Shown one piece after another: positions 18,340 through 26,810 of a stretch of 53,070 nucleotides of DNA. The stretch spans positions 1 through 53,070 of the IMG/VR virus record IMGVR_UViG_3300020034_000020. One strand, 5' to 3'. The translations under genes were made by a program, and so were the position numbers. The stretch comes from a virus (taxonomy: Duplodnaviria; Caudoviricetes). A model generated the notes under the pieces. It saw nothing but the letters and a program-made list of their open reading frames with translations, was not told the DNA's origin and searched no databases. Every line of letters begins with the position of its first letter. The first letter of the stretch is position 1.

Positions 18340-19125
18340 CACGCCCGGATAACAGGTGAAAGATCCTGCCCCCGAGGCCTTGGCTTTCGCGGGAGAGTTT
18401 AGAACGGTGTCCGCGCTGTCGAACAGCAGGGCGGCACTGATGAGCATCGGCGTTGAAGGAAACGCATCTCTCCTACTTGTAGGTGCCCAAGCGAACGGAA
18501 CCTATCAGTGCCTCGGTCAACGAACCGACGCTGAACGACAACGACGACATTGGCGCCAGGCTAGAGGCCGAGCCACCGCAAGTGAAAACTCGGAGCCGGA
18601 ATCAAGCCCGGCATGCTCTTCAGTGCTGCCCGTAGGGCGGCACTGATGGACGAGAAATACCTCAAAGGTTAGGCGCTGCGGATTCTTGATGATAACGGAC
18701 TACGGTTGGAAATCCTGCCCCGTCGCTGAGACCTGGGTGCTAAAGTTTCGCGCAATCCTATAGGCCGAGATTGCCGTCCATCAGTGCTTCCCAACTCCAA
18801 GCGGGCTGAAATCTGTCTGGCCGCAAGGCCGTGAGGACCGTAGCAAGCTTTTGGTTTTCTAGCTTAACCAGCAGAGCGCTGGGGAGGCCTCCATAAAACG
18901 AGCTCCAGAGATCCGGGTTCAAGTCCCGGGGAAACCGCAAAGCACCCCCTGAAACGTGGACACGCCGTGAGGGTCTGAGCTACGGTCAAAAAGTATACCG
19001 GAAACCTCGCCTCTCTGTTATGCAAAGTTTCTTGATGCCCTCACCCGTTACTGGGTGAGGAGTACCCGTTTGCCTACATCTGTCAGCAAAGTATTCATGA
19101 AGACAGGCGCTCGTTGGCGCCGGAA
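18340..19125 (+). ncRNA. Candidate large structured ncRNA
   Basis: No credible ORF. Long-range stems 18429-47/18613-31, 18635-52/18775-92 and 18836-44/18979-87; GCAA and CUUG tetraloop hairpins; embedded tRNA-like domain. Boundaries are approximate. Confidence 0.65.
18853..18937 (+). tRNA. tRNA-like element with an enlarged anticodon loop and no CCA
   Basis: Acceptor GGTTTTC/GGAAACC, D stem GCTT/GAGC, T arm CCGGG-TTCAAGT-CCCGG; anticodon stem CTGGGG/CTCCAG closes an 18-nt loop. Confidence 0.7.
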
Positions 19126-19351
19126 AGACGATCGCTCAACAGTTAATCTATGACCCTCCAAACCAACCCCGTTAAAGAGTATCGCATTTGGTGCACTACC
19201 GACGAGTGCCTAAGCAATCGCGATTCGTTGTGCTTCCGGAGTCATGGTCTTAAATTAATCCAGGCGCCTCGCAGGTTTCCACCGAAACGCGGGACCACTA
19301 CGCAAGGCGCCCGAACCCGTATTCGAATGGTGGGCACACTTAGTGTATTTC

Positions 19352-19753
19352 CTACACTGTCAAGCCAGGGAGCTTAATGAGAGCGTCCTCGCAACCCGGT
19401 TCTTTACTGGGCCTGTAACCGCGTTTTTCGATGAGGTGGCGCCAGAGCCCCGTGTTCCAAATGCTCCCGACGACCATAGGGAGGCCTGCTTGATGCGCAG
19501 TCTCTTCCAGAATAGTCATGAGCAAAGGAAACTGCCCGTTTCCAGGTGTGTCGTTACAAATCGCAACTACCGTCAGGGCTTTGATTGTAGGGCTAAAACA
19601 GAGAATGCCGTGTAACGTCACGAACCGATATCTCAGGATTTCGGGGTCGAGTTCCCCGATTGTGGGCTGGGCGAGGATCTCCGTTTGCCACGGCGAAAGA
19701 CGAAGCCCGTTCTTCATTAAAGCCGCTCGTAGATCAATGGGGAAGCGGATCAT
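19352..19753 (-). CDS. GNAT-fold acetyltransferase-like protein
   Basis: VVAICNDTPGNGQF (motif A-like) and N..L..HL..KRGY; ATG 19753 coupled to the upstream stop. Confidence 0.55.
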   Translation of the reverse strand: MIRFPIDLRAALMKNGLRLSPWQTEILAQPTIGELDPEILRYRFVTLHGILCFSPTIKALTVVAICNDTPGNGQFPLLMTILEETAHQAGLPMVVGSIWNTGLWRHLIEKRGYRPSKEPGCEDALIKLPGLTV

Positions 19754-20025
19754 TTCCCCTTTTCGGCCTCCACCTTCGCCTCGTGAATCTTCTTTAGGAT
19801 CGTAGCGCACGCATCATGGAGCCCGATGAGTTCGCGCAGCGTGAGCTCGTAGGCGTGGCCTTGCAGCGTAAATAGGTGGACGTTTAATTTGATGATAGGC
19901 TCCTCGGTAAGATCGACCTTGCCGTCTTCGCCCCGGGCATAAAGGACCCCGAGCGCAAACGCAGCGAGTTCGTCGCCGGGGATTTCGAGCGGGCCTTCCG
20001 GTTTTTGTTTGGTTTCGTCTCTCAT
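19750..20025 (-). CDS. Hypothetical protein (possible paralogue of 20022..20294)
   Basis: Both start MRD and share AxFxx and (H/Y)ELT..E.x.L patterns. Confidence 0.65.
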   Translation of the reverse strand: MRDETKQKPEGPLEIPGDELAAFALGVLYARGEDGKVDLTEEPIIKLNVHLFTLQGHAYELTLRELIGLHDACATILKKIHEAKVEAEKGK

Positions 20026-20294
20026 GTTTCGTCCTCTCCTTTCTTTGCTGCGATATCGTTGAGTTCCGAAAGCACCTTGTGAAAGAGTTCCTTAAGTTCC
20101 AGGGTTTCGCCTATCGTGAGCTCATGGGTGATCATTTCGCCGCTCTCCTGAACGAAGCTCACGAGCACCCGGGTACTCCGTGAAAGCTCCTTGGTCGTGG
20201 CGTCGACCATAACATTACAAGTCACCCCGAAAGAGGCGATATCGCCGCTCTTGATGAGCGTGTGCCGGTCGTCTTTGGCGGTGTTGTCTCTCAT
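20022..20294 (-). CDS. Hypothetical protein
   Basis: ATGA-coupled operon gene. Confidence 0.65.
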   Translation of the reverse strand: MRDNTAKDDRHTLIKSGDIASFGVTCNVMVDATTKELSRSTRVLVSFVQESGEMITHELTIGETLELKELFHKVLSELNDIAAKKGEDET

Positions 20295-20530
20295 GGTTTT
20301 GGGGCGTTATAGTCGATGATAATTTTCTCCATCCTCAAAGCATTGCTCTCGGCCTGTGCCTTCATGTCGAGGCAAAGCTTTGCCATCGCCGCGTTCTTCT
20401 CGACTTCGGTAAAAATGATTTCTGACAGCTTATACATACTCGCCATCTCCCTGGCGTCGTCTCTCCACTTAAGGATCAATTTGAGGGTCTTTTCTCGCAG
20501 GTCGTTATCCGTCGTTTTGTTTTCGGTCAT
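20291..20530 (-). CDS. Hypothetical protein
   Basis: ATGA-coupled operon gene. Confidence 0.65.
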   Translation of the reverse strand: MTENKTTDNDLREKTLKLILKWRDDAREMASMYKLSEIIFTEVEKNAAMAKLCLDMKAQAESNALRMEKIIIDYNAPKP

Positions 20531-20784
20531 AGGTGGGTTATTCCTTCGGGCGTGATGACGCTGAGTGTTTCCATGGTCGAAAAGCGCCGCACTTCGATCT
20601 TCATGCCGCTCTCTTTCGAGATGCCCTCAGCGATCGGGAAATAGTCTTTAAGGCGCTTCACGTCGGCCGCGACCATCGGCCAAAAGGTTCCACTTGGGCC
20701 GCGAAATCCGCAAACGCCTTCTTCGCCATTTTTGTCTTGCGAGACGAAGGCCCAGAGCTCGGTGATTTTGAAAGGCTCGTTCAT
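20527..20784 (-). CDS. Small phage protein
   Basis: ELWAFVS.D..GEEGVC...PMVAAD pattern; coupled to neighbours. Confidence 0.7.
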   Translation of the reverse strand: MNEPFKITELWAFVSQDKNGEEGVCGFRGPSGTFWPMVAADVKRLKDYFPIAEGISKESGMKIEVRRFSTMETLSVITPEGITHL

Positions 20785-21191
20785 TTTGTATGCGATGTTT
20801 CACTACCTTTCCACTTCTCCATAACGCGCTCTTGCGCGGCGAAGATTCGCTCTAATTCCTGGCGTGCTTCCTCGGCCGCGCCGGGGTTCCCATCCTGAAG
20901 GGCTTTGATTTGGCGCGTCATGATGGCGTCGATTTGCATCGTCAGGGCGACAAGCTCCAAGCGGCATTGCTTTTCTATTATTTCGGCCTGGGCGTCCCTT
21001 TTTAGAATCGCGTTCACCCTGAGCGCGTAGCGGACGCTCTGGCCGATGCAAAGCCCGATAAAAATAAGCGTGAGCGACGTGCCCCACGGCTCCGGGTAGC
21101 GCGGCAGAATAAGACTCACGGGCATAAGGACGAGAATCGGCCAGCGCCCCAGCGTGCCGCGAACCTGCTTCAGAGCGCTAGCCCAGGTCAT
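20781..21191 (-). CDS. Membrane protein (2 TM plus coiled coil)
   Basis: Two hydrophobic segments at the N-terminus. Confidence 0.65.
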   Translation of the reverse strand: MTWASALKQVRGTLGRWPILVLMPVSLILPRYPEPWGTSLTLIFIGLCIGQSVRYALRVNAILKRDAQAEIIEKQCRLELVALTMQIDAIMTRQIKALQDGNPGAAEEARQELERIFAAQERVMEKWKGSETSHTK

Positions 21192-21817
21192 ACCCCAGCC
21201 TCCGCAAACTCCGCTATAAAGTCATGCCCGGCCGCGCTGCGCTCGGTCTTCCCGAGGAGAATATGGCCGAGCCAGACCCCGAGATAATCCACTTGGTAGA
21301 GATAACGCGAAGCGCCGTCGGCAAGAAGGGAGACCGCATTCGCCTCCACTTGCGCTTGCTCCTGAGTGGACATATAGATTTGCGACGGCCGCTCAGTGTC
21401 GACCCGGCATTTGCGGGGAGCTCCGATTGCATTGTGAAAGCGGCAGCTTGTGGGCCGACCGGCATATAGTGAACAAAGACCTTTCTCTAAAATCGGGCAC
21501 CATAGGTTTTCGGCGCGGTAGTTGAGAATGTAATCAAAACCCGTTCCTTTTCTTGGCATAGGCATTTGGTCGAGTCCACTGGCGAGAAAGTTATCCCACC
21601 AAATTCTCGTTTTCTCGGTCACACGGTCCCGGTGCGCTGGATCGGTCAAGGAGTCGACTAGGTGTTGAGCCTCTTCCCGGAGTGCTTGAACGGGCTCCTT
21701 GCAGCAATGGAAGCAACCTAGGTGACAGGTGACGGGGCCACCTTGGGCGGCGGACTTACGCACCGATTGTTTTATAAAGCGGTCGACGTAAGCGAATGAT
21801 TTTTCAATCGAGGTCAT
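21188..21817 (-). CDS. YkgJ/CxxCxxCC cysteine-cluster protein
   Basis: CHLGCFHCC, CPIL, CSLYAGRPTSCRFH. Confidence 0.85.
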   Translation of the reverse strand: MTSIEKSFAYVDRFIKQSVRKSAAQGGPVTCHLGCFHCCKEPVQALREEAQHLVDSLTDPAHRDRVTEKTRIWWDNFLASGLDQMPMPRKGTGFDYILNYRAENLWCPILEKGLCSLYAGRPTSCRFHNAIGAPRKCRVDTERPSQIYMSTQEQAQVEANAVSLLADGASRYLYQVDYLGVWLGHILLGKTERSAAGHDFIAEFAEAGV

Positions 21818-22035
21818 ATCCAGGTCTCCACAAGGGTAGGATGATCGCCGGGCATAGGGAACATCGGGAAAAGCCCATCCGGAAGAAACTGGCGAACGAG
21901 TTCCAGGGTCTCGGCGGCATAGGCTTCATCCGTTGGCGTCTCGCCATCGAAGCGCCGCAAAATGAATTTGCCGGGCGCGTCCGCTGGATTCTTAAAGACG
22001 GCCCAGACCTGCAAATTGTCGTGCTCGCCGCTCAT
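21814..22035 (-). CDS. Small phage protein
   Basis: WAVFKNPADAPGKFILRRF...LVETWI; coupled to neighbours. Confidence 0.7.
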   Translation of the reverse strand: MSGEHDNLQVWAVFKNPADAPGKFILRRFDGETPTDEAYAAETLELVRQFLPDGLFPMFPMPGDHPTLVETWI

Positions 22036-22223
22036 GCCTCGTCCTTCTTTGGCGTGATGCGCACCATGTATCTATGGAGAGCTAGAAGCGTGTACGGCTC
22101 CAGCGCGATGGCTTCCGACTCGCGCACGCCGTTACTCGTCCAAATCCAGATTTGAAACCCGTCGAAGCCGCAATAGACGCCGTCACCTAAATAGTCTTTT
22201 TCTTTGAGGTCTTCTATGTTCAC
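22032..22223 (-). CDS. Small phage protein
   Basis: YLGDGVY..FDGFQIW...IALEP; coupled to neighbours. Confidence 0.7.
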   Translation of the reverse strand: MNIEDLKEKDYLGDGVYCGFDGFQIWIWTSNGVRESEAIALEPYTLLALHRYMVRITPKKDEA

Positions 22224-22534
22224 AGGTATTTTTTCAAGTGCTTGACGAATTGCGCGTCGGCCACCTGGCGGACTTGTCCTAAGACGATATTCGCCATGGG
22301 GCTAGTTCCGTTGCGAAAATCCGAGCGGCTCGCGTGGTTCTCCGTCGTCAGCCCTGCTTTCTTTAGGCGATAGGTGACTTGGGAGGGGCTAAGATCGGTC
22401 CTCTCGCAGATATAACGCGTGGAGAAGCCAAGGGAGGCCAGGAGGACGCACGTGTGGTCGTCGACGTCGTCCCAGAAATCAACCCGCCGATGCGCGACCG
22501 GCGCGCCGTTGCCATTACTTTGAGCGTTACTCAT
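22220..22534 (-). CDS. HTH DNA-binding protein
   Basis: LGFSTRYICERTDLSPSQVTYRLKK. Confidence 0.7.
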   Translation of the reverse strand: MSNAQSNGNGAPVAHRRVDFWDDVDDHTCVLLASLGFSTRYICERTDLSPSQVTYRLKKAGLTTENHASRSDFRNGTSPMANIVLGQVRQVADAQFVKHLKKYL

Positions 22535-23067
22535 GCGGCGGCCTCCGTTCCGGGCTTAGGCTTTTTATAAATAATCGGGCCGACTGTGCCGATTTTAAAA
22601 CCCATCGACTGGGCAATATGCGCAATGCTTTCGCCTGCGGCTTTGCGGCGGCGCATCTCATCGCGTTGCGCGGGCGTAATTGTCCCGGAGGGTAGCGCCT
22701 CACGCTTCAGTTTGGGTTTTGGTAGAGCGGTGCGCACCGCGTTTGCTTTCATGGTGGCCTTGGTTAGCGCGGCTCTCATGTGCTCCGCTTCCACCTTCTT
22801 GCGATGTTGGTAAATGGCGGTTTCGGAAAGGCCCATTTCCGCCATAATCTCTTTGATTTTTCGGCCCTGGGCTCGCCCCTCGTTCACCCGCCGGACAATC
22901 TCCGCGGAAGAGAGTTTAGGCTTTTTGGTTTTTGGCTCCGGTTCGCGTTCCCGCTCGGGGGGCCTGGGGATTTGCGGCATCGTCAGTTCCAGGGCGCGAG
23001 CAATCACGCCGATATTACAGCCGCACTGAGGGCAAAATGAAATGCCCGTTTGGATTGGTTTATTCAT
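22531..23067 (-). CDS. CxxC plus double-HTH protein
   Basis: FCPQCGC, then two HTH units (GRKIKEIMAEMGLSETAIY, GESIAHIAQSMGFKIGTV); ATG 23067. Confidence 0.7.
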   Translation of the reverse strand: MNKPIQTGISFCPQCGCNIGVIARALELTMPQIPRPPEREREPEPKTKKPKLSSAEIVRRVNEGRAQGRKIKEIMAEMGLSETAIYQHRKKVEAEHMRAALTKATMKANAVRTALPKPKLKREALPSGTITPAQRDEMRRRKAAGESIAHIAQSMGFKIGTVGPIIYKKPKPGTEAAA

Positions 23068-23202
23068 GAGGGAAAAATGTATTCCGAGGGGCACCCCTTT
23101 AAACCCTCTCCCGGGTCTTTCATGGTCAAGGGCATACCTTATTGTTCCGTTGTAAACGGAACACCTTAGCGTGTTCAATCCCTAATTTGGCACAGAGGGC
23201 AC

Positions 23203-23234
23203 AAAAAAGCCCCGGCCTACTCAAAGGACGGGGC
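23203..23234 (-). terminator. Intrinsic terminator
   Basis: Minus strand GCCCCGTCCT...AGGCCGGGGC followed by a T run. Confidence 0.65.
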
Positions 23235-23258
23235 GGGAGGAGGTGTTTGAAGGGAGTC

Positions 23259-23447
23259 TTACTTCGCTTTGCCCGGCGGACGGCCGCCTTTGGCGCCGTT
23301 GCGCCGCGCGGTTTCAGCTTTAGTTTCCGAGGTGGAAGCGCCGCCTTTGGCTCCGATGCGCGCAAAATGGGCTTTCGCTGCCGGGGTTTGGAAGGGCGAG
23401 AGGATCTTGCGCGCCTGCTTACGGGCCTGGGCGTCGTCGGAGTTCAT
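23259..23447 (-). CDS. Small basic protein with a KGG.STS..K....RRNGAKGGRP motif
   Basis: Motif read directly; coupled to 23444..23707. Confidence 0.7.
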   Translation of the reverse strand: MNSDDAQARKQARKILSPFQTPAAKAHFARIGAKGGASTSETKAETARRNGAKGGRPPGKAK

Positions 23448-23707
23448 GCGGCTTTTCGTTTGCGGGTGGCCTTGGTGGCAACGTGGGCAATCTGGGACGC
23501 GTGAACGATGGCCAGACTGCCGTCGGCGCCGTCGATATAGACCCGAGAACCCATGATGGAAACCTGGACGTATTCCGGGTGAGGAACGGCAAAGGTTTTG
23601 CCGCCGGTCGTGGCGATTTCGAAGGGCCGAAATGGCTCCGCGGCGAGAAGTGATTGCACGCTGGCAATCGCCTCAATTTTTGAGTGCATGTTATGGTCGG
23701 ACGTCAT
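23444..23707 (-). CDS. Small beta-rich protein of the PFRPFEI..GG....VPHPE type
   Basis: Motif recalled from Planctomycetes/Verrucomicrobia proteins; the start could be a downstream Met. Confidence 0.7.
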   Translation of the reverse strand: MTSDHNMHSKIEAIASVQSLLAAEPFRPFEIATTGGKTFAVPHPEYVQVSIMGSRVYIDGADGSLAIVHASQIAHVATKATRKRKAA

Positions 23708-23751
23708 GAGGAATGCAAGTTAGCTGCTTGGGTTATGGTTGGCAAGGGAGA

Positions 23752-23994
23752 TTAAGACGCGGCACGGATCGCGGCGTGTAAACGGTCCCAGGCTTGCGCT
23801 TTCGTTTTGGTGGGCTCCGCGTCCAGGTAAGCGGAAGATAATGCGCTGGCGGCGGCCAGGAGCTCGGCAAAGCCGCTTTCCTGGTCGATAGTCAGGGCGA
23901 TTTCGCGCTCTCCTTGGATGTCGTCCTGGCCTAGGGTCTCTTCGAGGATGGCGATTGCGGCGCGCAAGGCGGCCGGCGTTGGGTTGGCGTTCAT
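23752..23994 (-). CDS. Hypothetical early protein
   Basis: Operon context. Confidence 0.6.
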   Translation of the reverse strand: MNANPTPAALRAAIAILEETLGQDDIQGEREIALTIDQESGFAELLAAASALSSAYLDAEPTKTKAQAWDRLHAAIRAAS

Positions 23995-24037
23995 GGTTTT
24001 TCGTCTTTAAGGTCGATGAGGGGCGAACTATTAAGAA

Positions 24038-24379
24038 TCACTTAATAGTTGCGGTGGCTTTGGCGATTGCTTCGCGAGCCTGCTTGAGTCGATGCGCAGT
24101 CTCGGGGATAAACTTTGACGCATCAATTCCGGCCATTGGCTCAATGATGTCGATTAGTGCCGCCAAAAGCTCAGGCGCAGCCGCGATTAGGCGCGCGTTG
24201 GCAACGTTCCTGGCCTCTAGGCTCTTACCGCTATTAGGTATCCTTGCGAGGACTACGCCGCTACTTTCATGCTCGATTTGATGGGATGGACTCTGCTTTT
24301 CGCCATAGTGCGAAGCCTGGCTTTTTACCAGGCGGTTAAGCCAAGGGCCTGGCGTGTGTTTTGATTGAGTAGTATTCAT
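24038..24379 (-). CDS. Phage protein with KHTPGPW...ANARLIAAAPELLAAL motifs
   Basis: Widespread motif of phage early proteins. Confidence 0.8.
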   Translation of the reverse strand: MNTTQSKHTPGPWLNRLVKSQASHYGEKQSPSHQIEHESSGVVLARIPNSGKSLEARNVANARLIAAAPELLAALIDIIEPMAGIDASKFIPETAHRLKQAREAIAKATATIK

Positions 24380-24452
24380 GAGAGGAGTGTTCAGCCAAAA
24401 GCCCCGCGACTCCGGAGAGTTCGCAGGGCGAAGGGTTGGGTGTGCGGCTTAT

Positions 24453-24968
24453 TTAGACGCGGTTCGCTTTCTTGCGTTGGCGGACGAGTTCCATGAGGGA
24501 AACCACGTTCGGTTGCGGTGCACGCTTGTCGAAGCGGTCAAAGTCGCTCCATTTGGCTTCCTCGTAGCCGGGCAGCGAACCAATGGCGGCATTCTTGATT
24601 TTTTCGACCAGGGCACACGCAAGCGAGGCTTCCCAACCTTTATCTTCGCAAGCCTGGTAGGCGTAGCTCTGACAGGCCTTGAGCGCTTCCACGGCAGTGA
24701 GCGGCTTTACGCCGATGTCGAAATGATACTGCGACTCGAAAAACGGGTTCGGCTCGTCCTTATAGCGCGCCTGCAAACTGACTTGGTTCGCGTCGAAAAG
24801 GAGTTTCATGGCCTTGACCCATGTTTCGTCATGGTGCCAGGGGCCGAGGTTATCCCCGGCTTGCCCAGTGGCGTAAAGGCGGAGCTCGTTTTCACGAGTG
24901 GCGGAGTTAATGCGAAGGAAATGAAGGATCGCGAGAAGGTGAGCGTCAGAGCATTGGAAGGCGGACAT
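24453..24968 (-). CDS. Conserved-type phage early protein
   Basis: N..SL.ARY and LKACQSY.YQACE..GWE.S.A motifs. Confidence 0.75.
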   Translation of the reverse strand: MSAFQCSDAHLLAILHFLRINSATRENELRLYATGQAGDNLGPWHHDETWVKAMKLLFDANQVSLQARYKDEPNPFFESQYHFDIGVKPLTAVEALKACQSYAYQACEDKGWEASLACALVEKIKNAAIGSLPGYEEAKWSDFDRFDKRAPQPNVVSLMELVRQRKKANRV

Positions 24969-25013
24969 ATTTGTGTATTCGTTAGTTGGTTACTGAGCGG
25001 GAAAACGGGAGTG

Positions 25014-25289
25014 TTAGGCCTTGGCGTCTTTGATGGCCTTGCGGGCGAGTTTGAGAAACGCAGCCCAAGCTTTGCCCGCGTCTTGCATGGAGAGATCAGG
25101 CGCGAAACGGTTTTTGCTGTCCGTTCGGCCGACGATGAATTCAAGCGCGGCGAGGAGATCGGGCGAGGTAGCGAACAAAGGACCGACCTTGCGCTCATGT
25201 CCCTCCTTGGTGAGGGTCGCAAGACGCGGGGCGAATTCGCTCCCTTTGTCGTTAATTCCTTGGCCGTCGTAAGTGAATTGATTAGGCAT
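25014..25289 (-). CDS. Hypothetical protein with an ATSPDLLAALE motif
   Basis: ATG 25289; motif related to 24038..24379. Confidence 0.65.
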   Translation of the reverse strand: MPNQFTYDGQGINDKGSEFAPRLATLTKEGHERKVGPLFATSPDLLAALEFIVGRTDSKNRFAPDLSMQDAGKAWAAFLKLARKAIKDAKA

Positions 25290-25323
25290 ATAGTTGAAGC
25301 TGAAGTGAGAAAGTGAATACAGG

Positions 25324-25803
25324 TTAACGGCAAAGGAGCTCGCTGGCATAGCCGGCGAAGTAGTTCCCGCGAACGCATCCGAGCAAATCAGCGAAGTCGT
25401 GAAACGAGAATTGCGAGCGATACTTGCGGATATAGGCCACGCGCTCCGCTACGTCGTAACAGTTTTTCCACGTCTCGTTTGCGTCCTCGCTTTCCAGTTC
25501 GGAGAAATCGTTTTCGTCTAAAACGGGGTAATTCTCTAAGCGCTCCTGTTGTTCGGTCGCCTTGGTGATGAGCTCCGCTTGCGCGGGGTTAATCGTGAGA
25601 TATTCGATCCACCCGCAAGCCCAGTGAGAGGAACGTGAGATTTCCACGTGTTCGCCTTCGCCTCCTAAGAGCGCAAGGAATGAGCGAAAGTTAGACCGCG
25701 CTAAACAGTCAGAATCGCGGTTTTGAGTGTAAACGATAAGCCAGTCCGGTTTGTCACCATAATAGACGGCAGAGAACGAGTGAGCTTGCTTTAGTGTTTT
25801 CAT
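25324..25803 (-). CDS. Conserved-type phage early protein
   Basis: RDSD.L..SNF, HWACGWIE, LENYPVLDE..FSELE; ATG 25803. Confidence 0.75.
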   Translation of the reverse strand: MKTLKQAHSFSAVYYGDKPDWLIVYTQNRDSDCLARSNFRSFLALLGGEGEHVEISRSSHWACGWIEYLTINPAQAELITKATEQQERLENYPVLDENDFSELESEDANETWKNCYDVAERVAYIRKYRSQFSFHDFADLLGCVRGNYFAGYASELLCR

Positions 25804-25867
25804 GAGGAGAAATGAGTTTGTGCTTTGCAGCATGGAGCCCGGGCTAAACGGGCTGTGGTGCTGGAAA

Positions 25868-26113
25868 TCAGAGAGAATAGGAGCGAAGCGCGAACGGTTC
25901 GGCGGTGTAGCTATCGGGAGAAAAAACCGAGTAGGTTTGCGGAATGAAGGGAGCGCGGAACTGAGCGCAGAATTCGCGTTGCTCGGCATTGTGCCGTGCG
26001 ATCTCGGCGCATTCGGAGGCGTTCAGTTCAGAGGCGAATTGCGTTGCGGCTTGGCGAGTGGCGAACAAGGCAACGCTTGCGCCGTTAAAGGGGGAAAGGA
26101 CGAGGTAGTTCAT
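25868..26113 (-). CDS. Hypothetical protein
   Basis: ATGA-coupled to the upstream gene. Confidence 0.55.
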   Translation of the reverse strand: MNYLVLSPFNGASVALFATRQAATQFASELNASECAEIARHNAEQREFCAQFRAPFIPQTYSVFSPDSYTAEPFALRSYSL

Positions 26114-26757
26114 TTGCCGGGGAAGCGAAAACCTTTGATCGGGAAGCGAAACCAGAGGCAGTCACCCGCGAGAGTTCCCGCGTCGTTATGCGTGCGGAAT
26201 TCCTTTTCCTCTGAACACCCGCAACAGGAGAGGAGTTTGCCGGCAAGGGCATCAAACCAGGCGTCAACCTGGTTTTGCTCCGCGTCGTTTAGCCCGCTCG
26301 CATCCCCGTTTATGAGGTAGGATGCCCAGTATTCCGGCAAGCGATAGTCAAGAAACCCATCAGGAGGGTTTCCCCATGAGGGTATGCCGTAGTCCTCATC
26401 TGAATACGTGGCAAGGTCGGCGGAAATGGCATCAGAAGCGCCTTGCTCGAACGCCTCCCAGAGCTCTTCTGAGTTTTCTTCGGCTGAATTGAATTCGTGG
26501 GCGATGAACTCGAAAGGGGAGAAATCCCGCGAGTTACTTTCCGCAGCGTGGCAGGCGTCTGCATGCACTTCGCGGATGTTTTCCGCGTCGACGGTTACCC
26601 GGCCGAGTGAGTCAGAATTAACCTTGTCACCAAGGGTCGGCACGTTGTGACAGGCGAAACCGTGGCCATGGTTCCAGCCTTTGCGGTAGGCGTTAGACAG
26701 AGGCTCGCTCGCATCGAAAGGAGCGGGAATGGATTCGGGAGAGGATTGGCTTTTCAT
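26110..26757 (-). CDS. Acidic two-domain early protein
   Basis: Very D/E-rich; C-terminal LPEYWASYLINGDASGL domain; first gene of the operon. Confidence 0.7.
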   Translation of the reverse strand: MKSQSSPESIPAPFDASEPLSNAYRKGWNHGHGFACHNVPTLGDKVNSDSLGRVTVDAENIREVHADACHAAESNSRDFSPFEFIAHEFNSAEENSEELWEAFEQGASDAISADLATYSDEDYGIPSWGNPPDGFLDYRLPEYWASYLINGDASGLNDAEQNQVDAWFDALAGKLLSCCGCSEEKEFRTHNDAGTLAGDCLWFRFPIKGFRFPGK

Positions 26758-26810
26758 GATGCCCACAGAATAACCCAACCATGCTTAGGTTGTCTTTAAG
26801 TATTTCTCTC

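Noticed and set aside
18437-18465. Hammerhead ribozyme (CUGAUGA...GAAA)
   Set aside because: No stem II closed before GAAA and no convincing stems I/III; the CUGAUGA lies inside a long helix.
18428-18792. CRISPR mini-array
   Set aside because: Only two 15-bp direct copies 206 bp apart, alternating with inverted copies; no cas genes.
18031-18940. ORFs 18031..18402, 18356..18646 and 18758..18940
   Set aside because: Non-protein-like composition; they overlap the terminator and the RNA helices.
19150-19377. 75-aa + strand ORF after the ncRNA region
   Set aside because: Possible gene, but no motif or coupling supports it; left unannotated.
24378-25316. 312-aa + strand ORF
   Set aside because: Antisense shadow of well-formed minus-strand genes; no recognisable motifs.
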